A stretch of DNA of 64,000 nucleotides from Heterodontus francisci (lineage: Eukaryota): positions 94,513,105 to 94,577,104 of the forward strand of contig NC_090376.1 of the NCBI RefSeq assembly GCF_036365525.1. Reading direction: 5' to 3'. Made by a program: the position numbers and the translations under genes. This document shows positions 47,090 to 60,484 of this stretch, piece after piece; positions within the stretch are counted from its first letter, which is position 1, and every line of letters begins with the position of its first letter. A model generated the notes under the pieces. It was not told the origin of the DNA and made no database searches. It saw only the letters and a program-made list of their open reading frames with translations.

Positions 47090-48180
47090 GCATTCCATCA
47101 TAAAATCATATAGCACCGAAAGAAGCCATTGTTCTCTTTGAAAGAGCTATTGAATTAATCCCACTTCCTTGCTCTTTCCCTATAGCGCTAAAAATTTTCC
47201 TTTTCAATTTTCAAGGATGAAGGGGTTGACTTATCAAGAATGGCTAAACAGGTTAGGCCTTTATTCATTAGAGTTTAGAAGAATGAGGGTTGTTCTTATT
47301 GAAATGTACAAGATTTTGAGGGGGTTTGACTGGGTAGATGTTGAGAAGATGTTTCCACTAGTGGGGAATCTCGAACTAGGGGACATGTTACAGAATAAGG
47401 GAGCACTCATTTAAAACTGAGAGGCGACGCAATTTCTTCTGAGGGTAGTGAATGTCTGGAATTCTGTACCCCAGAGAGTTGAACAGGCTAGATCACAAGT
47501 ATTTAAAGAGGAGGTAGATAGATTTTTGAAATATCGGGGAGTTGAGGGCTATGAGGAGCTGGTACGAAAGAGGAGTTGAAGTCTGGCGCAGATCAGCCAT
47601 GATCTTATTGCATGGCGGGGCAGGCTTGCAGGGCAGAATGGCCGACACCTGCTCCTATTTCTTATGTTCTTATGTTTTTCTTAAGTATATATCCAATTCA
47701 CATTTGAAAGTCACTATTCAATCTGCCTCCAGTATCCTTTCAGGCAGTGTATTCCAGATCATCATAACTCGCTGAGTTTGAAAAAAAACTCACCTCCCGA
47801 CTGGTTATTTTGTCAGTTATCTGAAATCTGTCTGGTTACTTTGTCCCTCCTGGCAATGGAAACAGTTTGTCCTTATTTACTGTATCAAAGCCCTTCATAA
47901 TTTTGAACACCTCAACAAAATCTCTTAATCATCTCTGCTTTAAAGGCAACAATCCCAGTTAATTGAAAACCCTCATCTTCGGTATCTTTCTAATAAATCT
48001 CCTCCTATACTCTCTCCAAGGCCTTGACATCCTTCCTAAAGTGTGGTTGCCAGAATTAGAAACAATACTCCAGCTGAAGCCGAACCAGCAATTTATAAGG
48101 GTTTGGCATATCTTCCACGCTTTTGTACTCCATGCTTCTACTTCCAAAGCCAACAATCCTGTATACTTTTTTAACTGCCT
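47090..48180. mobile_element. CR1 3' fragment (-) with a nested CR1 3' fragment (+, about 47213-47675)
   Basis: LNRLGLYSLEFRRMR motif in ORF 47169.., a CR1 tail 'cctgctcctatttcttatgttcttatg', and minus-strand CR1 on both flanks. Confidence 0.8.
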
Positions 48181-49647
48181 TATTTTGTGTGTTTTTATAT
48201 TTATGGGTTTAGAGGGGAAATAATCTAAGAAATTCACAGGGGAAAAGTTGGCAGGGCAGAAGTCTGACCGAATAATGATTCAGTCTACACAACCAAACTT
48301 CATATTTTGCTTGCAGTATGAAGACATAAAGAATAATCTACTGCAAAAAGGTTTCTTGTACTGAGCTTTCAATTCAGACCATGTATAATTGACTTGCTAT
48401 GCTATTTGGTGGATCCAAAGTTGATTTCTTCAATAAAGTTTACTTATTCTGGCACATCTGATGTATTGGTCCATGCAGAACCTGAGGGCATGAGTTTAAA
48501 ATTAACTGACCTCAAAGTAGACTAGACATTAGAGGAAATCCCTCCCCTTACATAGAATAGTAGATGTGCAGAACAAACTTTACAAAGCTGTTGTTGCCGT
48601 GTACTTCAAAATAGTGGACATTTTTTTGGTTGAGAAGATTTGGTTGTATGGGGAAAATTATAAATTGCTGTGATTAAATAGTGCACAGGATATGGTGGAG
48701 GTCAGGTATTGTCTGTGGAGAGCAGCTGTCCAGCATTCAACAGTAAAGAGTACTCTGGAGTTCCTGGTTAAAGTTGGGTTGGGGGTGGGGGGTGCATGGG
48801 GTGGTGGTGAGGAAATACTTGTGCTGAAGTTTGCTTCTAGAGATTAAAATAAGTGGCTGGGGCCTATAATATTTGGAAGCAGTTAGATCAATGAGCTGAA
48901 TGGTCTTTCTTTGTATTCTTGTGATCTTAATGTTGTACTGTTCGGTTTCTAAATGCCAAAATGGGTCCAGTTTTTCTATGCCATTTGTAAAATAGGAACA
49001 TTTTGTTTAATTTTGACATCTTGAATCTGGCATCTCGAATCTGTCCATCTTGTATATCTGTTGGAGCTATTTCTATTCCCAGGCTTCTTAGTTAGAGTGC
49101 ATCACTAATTTTTAAACTGGCTCACATTACTGAGGCCAGTAAATCAGAATTTTTAAAATATTTAACTTGTAAAAATTATACTTGCCTTCATTTTAATTAC
49201 TCACTTAAAAGCTACTAATTGCTCATTAACTTAATGATGGCACCCTGCTTTCATGGAAGCATTACAGTTTGATTTCCCTTTGTGTTGCATTAAGAACAGC
49301 TGTCATACAGGTAAGTGCAGTGTACCACAAAATAAAACAGAGTCCAAGTTTTATATGACTCAGGTTCGTGTTTATTGCTTCATTTGTCCAGATATCATTT
49401 TCTCCCTAAAATTAAGTCCCCTTTGGATGGCACTCTACAATTTCCTATTTCCATTCAGGACTGTCTGCCTGTGGACTGTTGCCAGTGTGGAGATTGATTC
49501 ACTGCTGTTCCTTTTTTACTTCTGTAATATGTAGGGAAATTTCCACAGTCCCATGTTTGAGATTAGAAACTCAATACGTGGGACCCGCATCCCACTGTTC
49601 AGCAGCATGATGGAGCTTTGACAGGGTCATTAAACTGAAAGAAAGTC

Positions 49648-50320
49648 TTGTGCATAAGTCATTGAAGGTTGCAAGACAAGATAAGAGCAGTTAATAAAGC
49701 ATATAGTATCCTAGGCTTTATCAATAGGGGCATAGAATATAAGGAAGTTATGTTGAACTTATATAAGACACTAGTTAGGCCTCAGCTGGAGTATTGTGTC
49801 CAGTTCTTGGCACCACACTTTAGGAAAGATGTGAGGGCATTGGAGAGAGTACAGAAAAGATTCATGAGAAATGGTTCCATAGATGAGGAATTTCAGTTAT
49901 GAAGATAGATTGGAGAAGTTAGGACTGTTTTTCTTGGAGAAGAGAAGGCTGAGAGGTGATTTGATAGAGGTATTCAAAATCATGGGTCTGGACAGAGTAG
50001 ATAGGGAGAAACTGTTCCCACCTGTGAAAGGATTGAAAATGAGAGGGCACAGATTTAAAGTAATGTGTAAGAGATGCAAAAGCGACATGAGGAAAAACAT
50101 GTTCACACAAGTGGTTAAGGTTTGGAATGCACTGCCTGAGAGTGTGGTGGAGGCAGGCTCTCCATTGAAGCATTCAAAAGACTATTATCTGAAAAGGAAG
50201 AATTTGCAGGATTACTTGGGAGAAGGTGGGAGAATGACATCACGTGAATTGCTCTTTTGGACAGCCAGTGCAGACACGATGGGCCGAATGGCCCTCCTTC
50301 TGCGCCGTAACAATTCTGCG
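49648..50320 (+). mobile_element. CR1 LINE 3' fragment
   Basis: ORFs 49669.. and 49883.. read LYKTLVRPQLEYCVQF and LEKRRLRGDLIEVFKIM. Confidence 0.9.
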
Positions 50321-51934
50321 AACATGCCCTATGGTAAGGTAGATGCCCATTTACTATAAAGGTATGTTAGCAAAATATGTGTGTTCGGCTATATAGTTTG
50401 TTTTTTGACAAATTGCTTGCCCACCTAACATTTAAATTTATCTAATCATACTTCACCAAATCCAAGTTTGACAGATTATCTTGAAACATTCCATTGTAAT
50501 GTTTTTAGTGGAGAAGCTCTACTCGGTTGTCAGTTACTACACATAACCAGGGAGTCTTTGATGTCCAGAAACTTTTATAAACCTGAGCACAGAGAGAAGA
50601 AAATAAAATGCATTTCAGTTTTGATGTCCTAGCCTACACTCCAACAGCAATATGTTTTCGGGTACTTCTGAAACCTTTTGCATTTTATATCCAAGTACAG
50701 TTGCAAGGCAAGGATTTAAAAGTGTCACACTTCTAATAAAGCAGATCAGTAGAATTCTTCCCTTTTCCAGAATGGAGCTGCACTCCAGAACAATGTTTTT
50801 ACTGCCTTATCAATCCATCTTATTTCCGATTCAATTTTGCTCTCGATTTTAGAGTGATCATGCTTTACAATCTGCTTATTTTTCCTTGTTCTGTTAATTT
50901 TTCTTCCTTCCAGGTACTGTGCCACACAGTTGGGCTAGTGGTTTCTTGTACAATTTTATCACCTTTTGGATCAACAGATAGAATTTCTATGTTGCTTAAA
51001 AGGTCATGCATTTCTTGCAGTTCTGTGTATTTTTGTTGCAAAAACCATTTACATTCAGGATACTGGTACATTGGGGACAGGTTCTGGAAATTGCCTAATG
51101 CCCAATTTGCATAATCACTCCTTATAATCCAATCCCTCCATCACCTCAATCATTCTTGTTGCTCCCTTCTGTATCCTTTCAATAATTGCAATATCCTTTT
51201 TTTGTTGCTGTGATGTCCAGAACAGTATACAGAATTCTAATAGCTGTACCAATGATTTATAAACTGACAGGATTATCTCACTCTAACAGCTCAATGTTGA
51301 CTTTTTAGTACATCCGGAACCTGATTGTTTTGCTCACTGCCACCATGCACTGTTACATTTAGCTTTAATTTATTGTCAGTCAGGACTCCCAGATTATAAT
51401 TCTCCATGAACATCATTCTCTTTGCATTTAGGAGTCCCATCCTAGAGTTTTTTTATCCCCGTGTTTCAATTTGCGTTTATCTACATTGAATTTTATCTGC
51501 CAGCTATATTCCCAATTCCCAAGTTTATTCAAATTCTTCTGTAGCTTAGCCTATTCAGCATAGTGCTGTTAAGTGTGAATTTATATTAATTTATCTATCC
51601 ACCTGCAGTGAGTAAGAAAAACATTGCTTTCTATAAACCATGTACTATTTCCAAGCAATAGTTACAGATATCCTTCCAAATTTGTGAAGTGCAACTTCAA
51701 CCAATATGACCTCAGATTTACTGTGAGCAACAACTGGAAATGTGATATTATGTCCCAAAAAACTCGGCACACACTAGAAAGTATAATTGACTCAAATGCA
51801 TAGCCACCTTTCTTCAAGAAAAACAGAAAAAAAGGTCAAAAGAAAATCAAATCCACTCAAATGAGCAAAGCTCATTTTGCTGCATTGGCCAATGCTGATT
51901 CAACAAATCTATATTTCATTGAAAAATTAAAACT

Positions 51935-52177
51935 CCATAGAAAATGTTTACATGTGGCGAGCAATTAGGATCTGGAATGCACTGCCTGAGATTGGTGAAG
52001 GCAGGTTCAATAGTGGCTTTCAAAAGGGAATTGGACAAGCACCTGAATAGGAAAAAAAAATGGAGGCTACAGGGAAAGGGTGTGGGAGTGGGACTAGCTG
52101 AGTGCTCTTGCAGAGAGCTGGCATGGGCACAATGTGCCGAATGGCCTCCTCAGTTGTAACCCTTCTATGATTCTATG
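51935..52177 (+). mobile_element. CR1 3' end fragment
   Basis: WNALP-like sequence and an (ATTCTATG)n-type tail. Confidence 0.75.
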
Positions 52178-53029
52178 AATAGAGTTTCAGGGCAACACAA
52201 GCAGTCCCTCACTGTCAATGATATCACTGGAGTGGCTTCAAAGAAAGAATACTCAAATATGAGTCTCCGGCCAAGTATAAAATTTGAATTTTCTTTAAAT
52301 GGTAACTTGTTTTATAGTACACCTTGCATGTTTATATGTACTAAAATACTCCTTTCCTTCGATGTTAACCCTAGCTTTGGATCTGCCAAATCTTCTTTGC
52401 CAAGGCTATTATAGTTCATTTAGTTTCAACTTTCTTAAAAATGAATCATCACATTAATTAACATCCACCTGCTACAACTACTTTGATTTTTCTAGCATTC
52501 CTTGTGTAGAGGAATTTCTGGTAGGGTGGAGAAAACTATTTACATTATTTGTGCTGTGATATTCAGCCATTGAAATAATTTTCTGTAAACCTAAAGTGTG
52601 TTACCAAAGAGACTAAGTAAATGAATATAAGCAGGAAAAAAAATCAAATATTATTTGAAATGTAAAAATAAGCAATATTTGAATGGATCTAAACTTATTG
52701 CCACTAGTCATACTATTTTAATAGTGAATCTAAGGAAGTCTTTGTTGATAGAAACATATATATTGATTTTAGCTTAATACAAATTCTGGTACTATAGCAA
52801 CTTTTGGATAACTCGAATTCTTGAATATTTCCTGTTCATGTAAACAGATGTTTGATCTGCGTATTAAAGACAATTTCCACATGGAGCAAATCACCTAAAT
52901 TTGAGTTGCATAACTGCAAAATATTTTTTATAAGTTTGCAAAAGTTAAAGTTTTTAAAACAATGAAGCCAATTTAGCAGCAAGCACTCAAAATTATGTTG
53001 CTTCAAAGGAGTTACTTTGATTTTTAAGT

Positions 53030-53445
53030 ATTAGCTTTACTTAGTTGGTAGCACTCTTTCCACTGGGGGAGAAGGTTGTAGGTTCATGCCCCATTATGGA
53101 CTTAACCATATAATCTAGGTTGGCATTTCAGTGTAGCACTAAAGTGCTACATTATCTTTCGGATGTCACAGTAAATCAAGAACATGTCTGCCTGCTCAAG
53201 TGGATGCAAAAGATCCCAAAGCACTATTCAAAGAGCACGGAATTATAGATCTGCATTCCTCCCTTAACCAACACCACCTAAAACAAAAACATAAACATTG
53301 CCTGATCATTTATTCTCATTTGCTGTTTGTGTGCAAATTGGCTAGCGTGTTTGCATACCTCATAGTAACAGCACTTCAAAAAATTGACTGTATAGTACTT
53401 TGGGTGTCGTGAGGCCATGACATGCTATTATATAATGGTATATTT
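53030..53445 (+). mobile_element. Deu-domain SINE (SacSINE1-like), old
   Basis: Degenerate tRNA head (TTAGTTGGTAGCAC...GGTTCATGCC), Deu-like GTGGATGCAAAAGATCCCAAAGCACTATT and an L2-like tail. Confidence 0.7.
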
Positions 53446-53924
53446 TCTTTTACACTGATTAGATTCTCTTCTGTAAAGCACACCGTTAATTTTTTTTTTG
53501 TGTATTAAGGCTGTTGAATGTTTGTTTGTGTTTCCACAATACATTTAGAATTAATGTATTTCAGGCCTACTGATGTGCCATATTACTATGTTTTTTGCAT
53601 ATTTTGTTAGTTTCACCACTTTTGGAATATGACCTAATAACAATTGCATCCTATTCACAACAATTCCAAAATCTATCTTTTGTTGTAATTATAAGTTTAC
53701 TATGGCACTAACTCCTTCTGCAGAAGTCCAGGAGACTTGCATCTTTTGCCTTTTTTTTAAACCAATTAAAGAATTGAAGCAAAAGTACAAATATTAAAGG
53801 ATAGTGACATTCTGTGCTAATGCATATTCTGGTTTATATGAGCAATGTGAATAGAACAGCTTACTTCTAGTAGTTTATTTAACTTTCAAGTAAAAGGTTT
53901 AGTCACAAACTAATGATTTAATAT

Positions 53925-54810
53925 GAAAACAGAAAATGCTGGAAATACACAGTGGCTGGGATTTTACATTGGCTGGGAGGCCCCGCTCACTGGCGAAAAA
54001 TTTGGGTGGAAGCCCACCTCCGCCGGGCCTGGGGGGCCATGCCAGGATTTTACACTCCCCAGGCCCTTAACTGTCCTTGGGTGGGACCTCTCTGAGACAG
54101 GAAGTCCCGCCTAATGCAGCTGCTGGCCAAGCAGTGGGCGGCAGCTCTCAGTCCCAGCAGCATCATCAGGAGCGGTGGCCACAGCTGAGACTGCACCCAG
54201 TTAAAGAAGCGAGGGACGACGGCCCCGGAACAAAGGTAAGTTTTTGAGGCGTCACTGGATTATCAGCCAGCCTCCAGCGAGGCAAGGGGGGGGGGGTCAG
54301 TTGGGCTGTGGGGGGGCCCTCCATAGAACAGAGAGTGCCCGATCAGGAGGGCACACCCCCCCCACCTCCACAGCCCGCAAGAAGGCCACCAGGCTTTACC
54401 TGGTGGTGTTCTGGGGGCCAGAGATGGCCGCTGGTAAAATACCAGCGACGGCAGGAGCAGGGCCTTAAATAGTTAACTGGCCACTTAAGGGCCTTGACTG
54501 GCCTGAGGCGGGCAGGCTGTTTCTTGCCTAAAATTGCAGCGGGGGCGGGAAGGCATTAGGAACAGCACCCCCCGCCTCCCACTCAATTTTACGGCCCCCC
54601 GCCACCAGCCCGCTTGTGTGGGGGAACCGTAAAATTCCGGCCAGTAGATCTGGCAGCATCTGTGGAGACAGTTAATGTTTGTTCTGCTGAAAAGTCACAG
54701 ACCTGAAACGTTAACTCCATTTCTCTCTCCACTGATACTGCCAGACCTCCTGATTATATCCAGCATTTTCTGTTTAGATTTCCAGCATCTGCAGTATTTT
54801 GCTTTTGTAT
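53925..54810. mobile_element. Penelope-derived fold-back element with a central mutated hammerhead motif (54681-54715), interrupted by a MITE
   Basis: Inverted arms aaaacagaaaatgctgga..tctggcagcatctgtggaga / tctccactgatactgccaga..tccagcattttctgttt surround GTT-CTGCTGA-aaagtcacagacct-GAAA-CGTTAAC. Confidence 0.65.
53954..54642. mobile_element. Non-autonomous PIF/Harbinger MITE with a 3-bp TSD
   Basis: TIRs GGCTGGGATTTTAC ... GTAAAATTCCGGCC, and TSD AGT at 53951-53953 and 54643-54645. Confidence 0.85.
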
Positions 54811-55643
54811 GAATGATTTAAATATCCTCAGCCTTTGGTGCTTCTGGACCTTCTAGCCTAATTTAGTTTTGTCTCTTTTATATCTTGAACTACTGACCAA
54901 GACTCTTGCGCCTGCTGTGTAATTTTGTTTGCACTTTTTACTCCATTTGTAAACCTATCTATGTACATCCATAGTTTGGGAATTCTAATAAGTGCAGATC
55001 TGCTGTTTAACTAGTCTTTAGGAAACTCATTTTGTTAAATCTGCTCCAGTTATTTGGCTAGTATTGATGCCATTCCAGTGAGTAAAGTGCACCAGTCTAT
55101 AAATGAATCATATAATCATATCCCATATTTTAATGTTTTAATTAAAAATGTTTAGTTTTTGCCGAGATGAAATTTTTTCAGACATATTAGCAAACCCTTC
55201 AAAAGGTGAAATATTGTGAATTCTTTATACAATTTGCATTGTGCCAATTTTTGTATATATAAGCTTTTTTTTGTAGAAATATGTTCAGACTTGTGAGCTG
55301 CCTCCTCTACTCTTTTTTTTTACAAAGATTGGAACAACTACTGAACACCAAAACTGAACCATAGGTACTGGGATATGGAAACAATATTCTATAATGTATC
55401 TTTAACTGCTTGCACTGCTGAAAAGGGGCACTGTAGTGTAACCTTGTGTAGTAATTTTATGTCCTTTATTCTTAGTTTATAATCAGTTTAAATGTTATTT
55501 CATTAGTAGTTTGAACTGTTAGCAAACTTCTTAAAATTGTATTTGATACATGACTTGTTTGGGTTATTAAAAGCCTTATCAAATAAAATATGACTTGATT
55601 CTGGGATGTACTTTAATAGCAATTCTGACTGCTACAACTAAGG

Positions 55644-56474
55644 TGTTACGACCAGGTGAGAAAGGGGTCCCTTTCAGCCTTCCCCTGGTCTTACTGTAAC
55701 AGGATTTAATTTTAAACACACTGTGTTTTGAGCTCTCCCTTGGTGAATCCTTGTTCACCGCTTTCCAATTATAAGGCAAAGAAATGAGCACAAACAGACT
55801 TTCTTCGGTTTCAAGAAGAAAAGTGAAATTTATTTAAACTTAAACTCTAATTCGGTTAACGCCTACAGATACACACCGCGCCCCACGCTAGCATGCATAT
55901 GCAATACGCACATGCAAAGAGAGACAGAAAACAGCAGAAGAAACTAAAGTGGAGAGGTTTGAGACAATATCTGAAGAGTTTCTTGTTACTGTGCTTCGGG
56001 CTCACTGTAGGGTCCTTTTGTAGGTAATTCTTGCTTTCCGTTGGGGCCCAGTATTTTTCTTAAATCTTGTTCACTGTAGGAGACTTTTCTCTCTTGGGGT
56101 TCCTGTGTCTTCAATGGATTCCAAAGCTGGTGAGAAAGAGATGGAGCAGACAGGAGAGAGATTTCTCAATCCAGGAGCTTTCTGTCTTCAAACACTCTTT
56201 TCTCCAATTTAAAACTCTCAGTTCAAAACTCTGCAATAGCCAGTTAGTCATCTGCCTAAACTGGTCTGACCATGTTCATTCTGTGTATTGGGAGCAGGGA
56301 CTGGTTCCATTGTTCCAACACTGTCTGCTAGTATGCAAAAATGTCTTTCCGACTAGGGGGGCTGGCAATTCCTTGTAATAGGCCCTCTTTTCTTCACAGC
56401 AACAATTTGAAGTTTAATGTCCATGTGGCAAAATTAATGTGGCTCGTTCTTGGCAGGTGGGGGCCTGCATGACA
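55644..56474 (-). mobile_element. Solo LTR, family B
   Basis: TGTTACGACC...GCATGACA termini, colinear with 38936-40137. Confidence 0.75.
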
Positions 56475-56770
56475 GTAACATAGTGGTTATGTTACTAGAC
56501 TCATCATCCAGAGGCCCGGACTAATGGACTGGAGACAGGAGTTCAAGTCTCACCACAGCAGCTGGGGAATTTAAATTCAATTAATTAAATAAAGATAGGA
56601 ATAACAGGTATCAGTAATGGTGACCATGAAACTACCGACTGTTGTAAAAACCCATCTGGTTCACTAATGTCCTTTAGGGAAGGAAATCTGGCATCATTAC
56701 TTGGTCTAGCCAATATGTGACTCCAGACCTAACTGCCCTATGAAATGGTCTGGCAAGCCATTCAGTTGAA
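56475..56770 (+). mobile_element. tRNA-headed SINE-like element related to the 5' region of the Zenon-like LINE
   Basis: A-box-like TAACATAGTGG and B box GTTCAAGTC (56541-56549). Its last 38 nt match the reverse complement of 9476-9513 at 34/38. Confidence 0.6.
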
Positions 56771-57224
56771 AGAGGGATAGTAAGTTCAGTTGACAGGGCA
56801 GTTTGAAAATCCATACATAGGGGAAGGTGTCAGAGCCACTTTCCAAGGGTTGGAATTGACAAAGCAAAAACTCATGTTCAGGATGCAATCAGCTTTTGAA
56901 AAAGGACTACAACTTGCAAAGGAATAGTCCTTGACCTGGAGCTGGAAGCTAAAAGGTAGGCAGCTTTGCAGTTAGTTGTCAAGAAACAGGTAGTGCCAAA
57001 ATCAAGTCACCTGGCTCATGAAAGAGACAGGACACTTTTTTCCCCATTTTTTCAAAGTGAGATTGGCACATATGAAATTTGCTGTGTTACTCTACGTGCT
57101 TTTGCTGTCTAAATTAGTATCATGAGCCTCATCTCACTGTTCCTCAATCTGCTGTCAAAGATTAGAGAAACACATGAGGACATGTGCAAAAGAGATGATA
57201 TCCACTTCTCAGTATAAAGGGGTC

Positions 57225-57530
57225 TTTTTTTCTTAGAGAGACAGCACTGAAACAGGCCCTTCGGCCACCGAGTCTGTGCCAACCAACAACCACCCATTTA
57301 TACTAACCCTGCAGTAATCCCATATCACCTACCTACACTAGGGGCAATTTACAATGGCCAATTTACCTATCAGCCTGCAAGTCTTTGGCTGTGGGAGGAA
57401 ACTGGAGCACCCGGCGAAAACCCACGCGGTCACAGGGAGAACTTGCAAACTCCGCACAGGCAGTACCCAGAATCGAACCTGGGCCGCTGGAACTGTGAGG
57501 CTGCAGTGCTAACCACTGTGCCGCCACTGT
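57225..57530 (-). mobile_element. HE1-type V-SINE
   Basis: Reverse complement of the 4618-4960 family, with B box GGTTCGATTC. Confidence 0.9.
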
Positions 57531-57764
57531 CCTAGATAATGCTATTGTATAATTTTGATACAGGGCAGTCTACAAGCTTGAATGGAAAACACTCGGAGCT
57601 GCATAGGATTGATTAGCACTGCTATACTCAACAATATCTACAGAAAACCTGAACATTCTAACAACTGGCGGTGGTGGGATACTGATTTACACTGATGACT
57701 GCAAGAATTCAAAACATTATAATTTAAAAGTGAATGGAACAGAAGCAGTGAAACCTTAAAATTT

Positions 57765-58610
57765 TGGCCAGATCACAACCGGGAGAAGAGAGCATGATTA
57801 GCAATGGAAGAGAAAGTAAGGGGGAAATTTGAACTCCCGAGGGCAGGTGGGTGTTAAAAATAAGAAAAAATGGGAAACACAACATCAATCTGCCACTTCG
57901 TGTTTTAATGGAGCAACCCTCCCTGCTCCAAATTCCGAATGTTGCCCAACCCATACGGTCCATTCTCCAAAGATGCTGATCTCTCTTCGACTCCCACCCT
58001 GTTCAGACCCCGATTCTCCCCAACCCAATCCCCAAAGATCCTGGTCGCTTTCTGACCCACATGCTCCAAATGCTGAAGATTCCAATTGCTCTCCAAGCCA
58101 TACAGTTCAAACACCATAGATCCTGATCACTCACTGACCCATGCAATCCAAACACTGTTGATCCTAATCGCTCCCTGACCCCCACCCCCCACCCTTAATT
58201 CAGGACACTCCAAGCTCTGCTCAGCAAGATGTAGATGCTGAGCCTCGGGGGTCATCCATGAGGAGGCAACTTGTGGAACAGCAATGGGAAATGTGTGTGC
58301 TTTCTGTCAGCATTTCCAGAGGCAGTGCACACCCTAGGAGAAAGATTGGAGAGGTCCAGCTTCAGCAAGAGTGCCATGATGTCTCAGGCATTTGTGCTGA
58401 TGACCACCTCCATGGAGAATAAGACATGGCAGGCCACTGATTGCTCTAGACCAGCATACAATGGCCTGCACATTCGGTCTGCCACATTACACAGTGTGAA
58501 GCAAAGCCTCGCCTTGGAGGCTCCAGGCCTCACTGACTTGCAGCCAAGAGTTTTCCAGCTCTTGGACCATGAGAGGGAAGTCGGAGAAAGGGCACTTGGA
58601 AGTGGGAACT
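57765..58610 (+). mobile_element. Probable Harbinger relic (Myb-gene coiled-coil remnant) with a degenerate minisatellite of about 38 bp
   Basis: 58300-58420 resembles 13500-13980 of the Harbinger Myb gene (atgtctcag...ttcatggaga / atgtctcagg...tccatggaga). Repeated 'acccat...ccaaa...gatcc' units lie at 57920-58190. Confidence 0.4.
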
Positions 58611-60484
58611 ATTATAGAATCATAGAATGGTTACAACCCAGATGGAAGCAATTTATGCCATGGTGTCCATGCCAGCTCTCTGAAAGCGCAACTCAGTTAA
58701 TCCCATTCCTTCTACATAGCCCTGAAAATTTGTTTCCCTTTAGGTACTTACCCAATTTCCTTTTGAAAACCATGATTGGATCTGCCTCCATCTCTCAAGC
58801 AGTACATTCCAGGTCCTAGCCACTCGCTGCATAAAATAAGTTTTTCCTCATGTCGCTGTTGGTTCTTTTGCAGATCACCTTAAATTGGTGTCCTCTGGTT
58901 CCTGACACTTCCGTCAATGGGAACGGTTTCTCTCTATCTACTTTGCTGAGACCCTTCATGATTTTGAACACTGCTTTCAAATCCCTCCTCAGCCTTCTCA
59001 TACCTGAGAAGAACAACCCCAGTTTCTCCAATCTATCCACATAACTGAAGTCCCTCATCCCTGGAACCATTCTCAAATCTTTTCTGCACCCTCTCTAAAG
59101 CCTTCCTAAAGTGTTGTGGCTAGAATTGGACACAATACTCCAGTTCAGCCCAAACAAGTGTTTTATAAAAGTTCATCATAACTTATTTGCTTTTGTATTC
59201 CATGTCTTTGTCTCTGTTTCTAAAGCCCAGGATCCCATATTCCTTTTCAACCACTTTCTCAAACTGCCCTGCCAACTTCAACGATTTGAGCACATAAACT
59301 CACATCTCTCTGTTCCTGCACCTGCTTTAGAATTATACCCTTTATTTTATATTTTCTCTCCTTGTTCTTTCTGCCAAAATGTACGACTTCACATTTGTCT
59401 GCATTAAATTTCATCTGCCACGCATCTACCCATCCATCAGCCTATCTAGGTCCTCTTGAAGTTTATTCCCAGCCTCCTCACAGTTCACGATACTTCCAAG
59501 TTTTGTGTCATCTGCAAATTTTGAAATTGTGCCCTGTACACATAAGTCTAGGTCATTAATATATATCAAAAAAATCAGTGGACTTAGTGCCGACCCCCAG
59601 GAAACCCCACTGTATACCTTCCTTCAGTCCAAAAAAACAACCATTCACCACTACTCTTGATTTCCTGTCATTCAGCCATCTTTGTATCCTTGCTGTCATT
59701 GTCCCTTTTATTCCATGGGCTTCAACTTTGCTGGCAAGCCTATCATGTGGCACTTTATCAAATGCCTTTTGGAAGTTCACATACATCACATCAATTGAAT
59801 TACCCTCATCAACCTTCTCTGTAACCTCATCAAAAAAACTCAATCAAGTTAGGTAGACATGATTTGCCCTTAACAAATCCATGTTGACTTTAGCAAGGGT
59901 GTAACATTTGCAATTCTCCAGTCCTCTGTCAACGCCCTTGCACCAAAGGAGGATTGGAAAATTATGGTCAGTATCTTTTCAATTTCTACATTAATTTCCG
60001 TCAGCATACTCGGATGCATCCCATCTGGTCCTGCTGACTTATCAACTTTTAACTACAGCGAGCCTTTCTAATACTTCCTCTTTATCAATTTTTAGCCTAT
60101 CCAGTATCTCAACTACCTCCTTTCACTATGAATTCAGCAGCATCTTTTTCCTTGTTAAATACAGATGCAAAGTATTCATTTAGTACCTCAGCCATGCCCT
60201 CTACTTCTATGCGTAGAACCCCTTTTTGGTCTCTAATCTGCCACACCCCTCCTCTTACTAGCCTTTTTACTATTTATATGCATATAGAGGACTTTTGGAT
60301 TCCCTTTTATGTTAGCTGCCAGTCTCTTCTCATACACACTCTTTGCCTCTCACTTCCTTTGTCACTTCCCCTCTGAACTTTCTAAATTAAGCTTGGTTCT
60401 CACTTGTATTATCAACCTGATATCGGTCATATTTTCTGTTTTATCTTGCTCTCTATCTCTTTCATCTCATTTGGTTGTCCTACC

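Noticed and set aside
50865-51071. Minus-strand 68-aa ORF as a possible exon of an antisense gene
   Set aside because: No recognisable homology and no convincing flanking splice signals on the minus strand.
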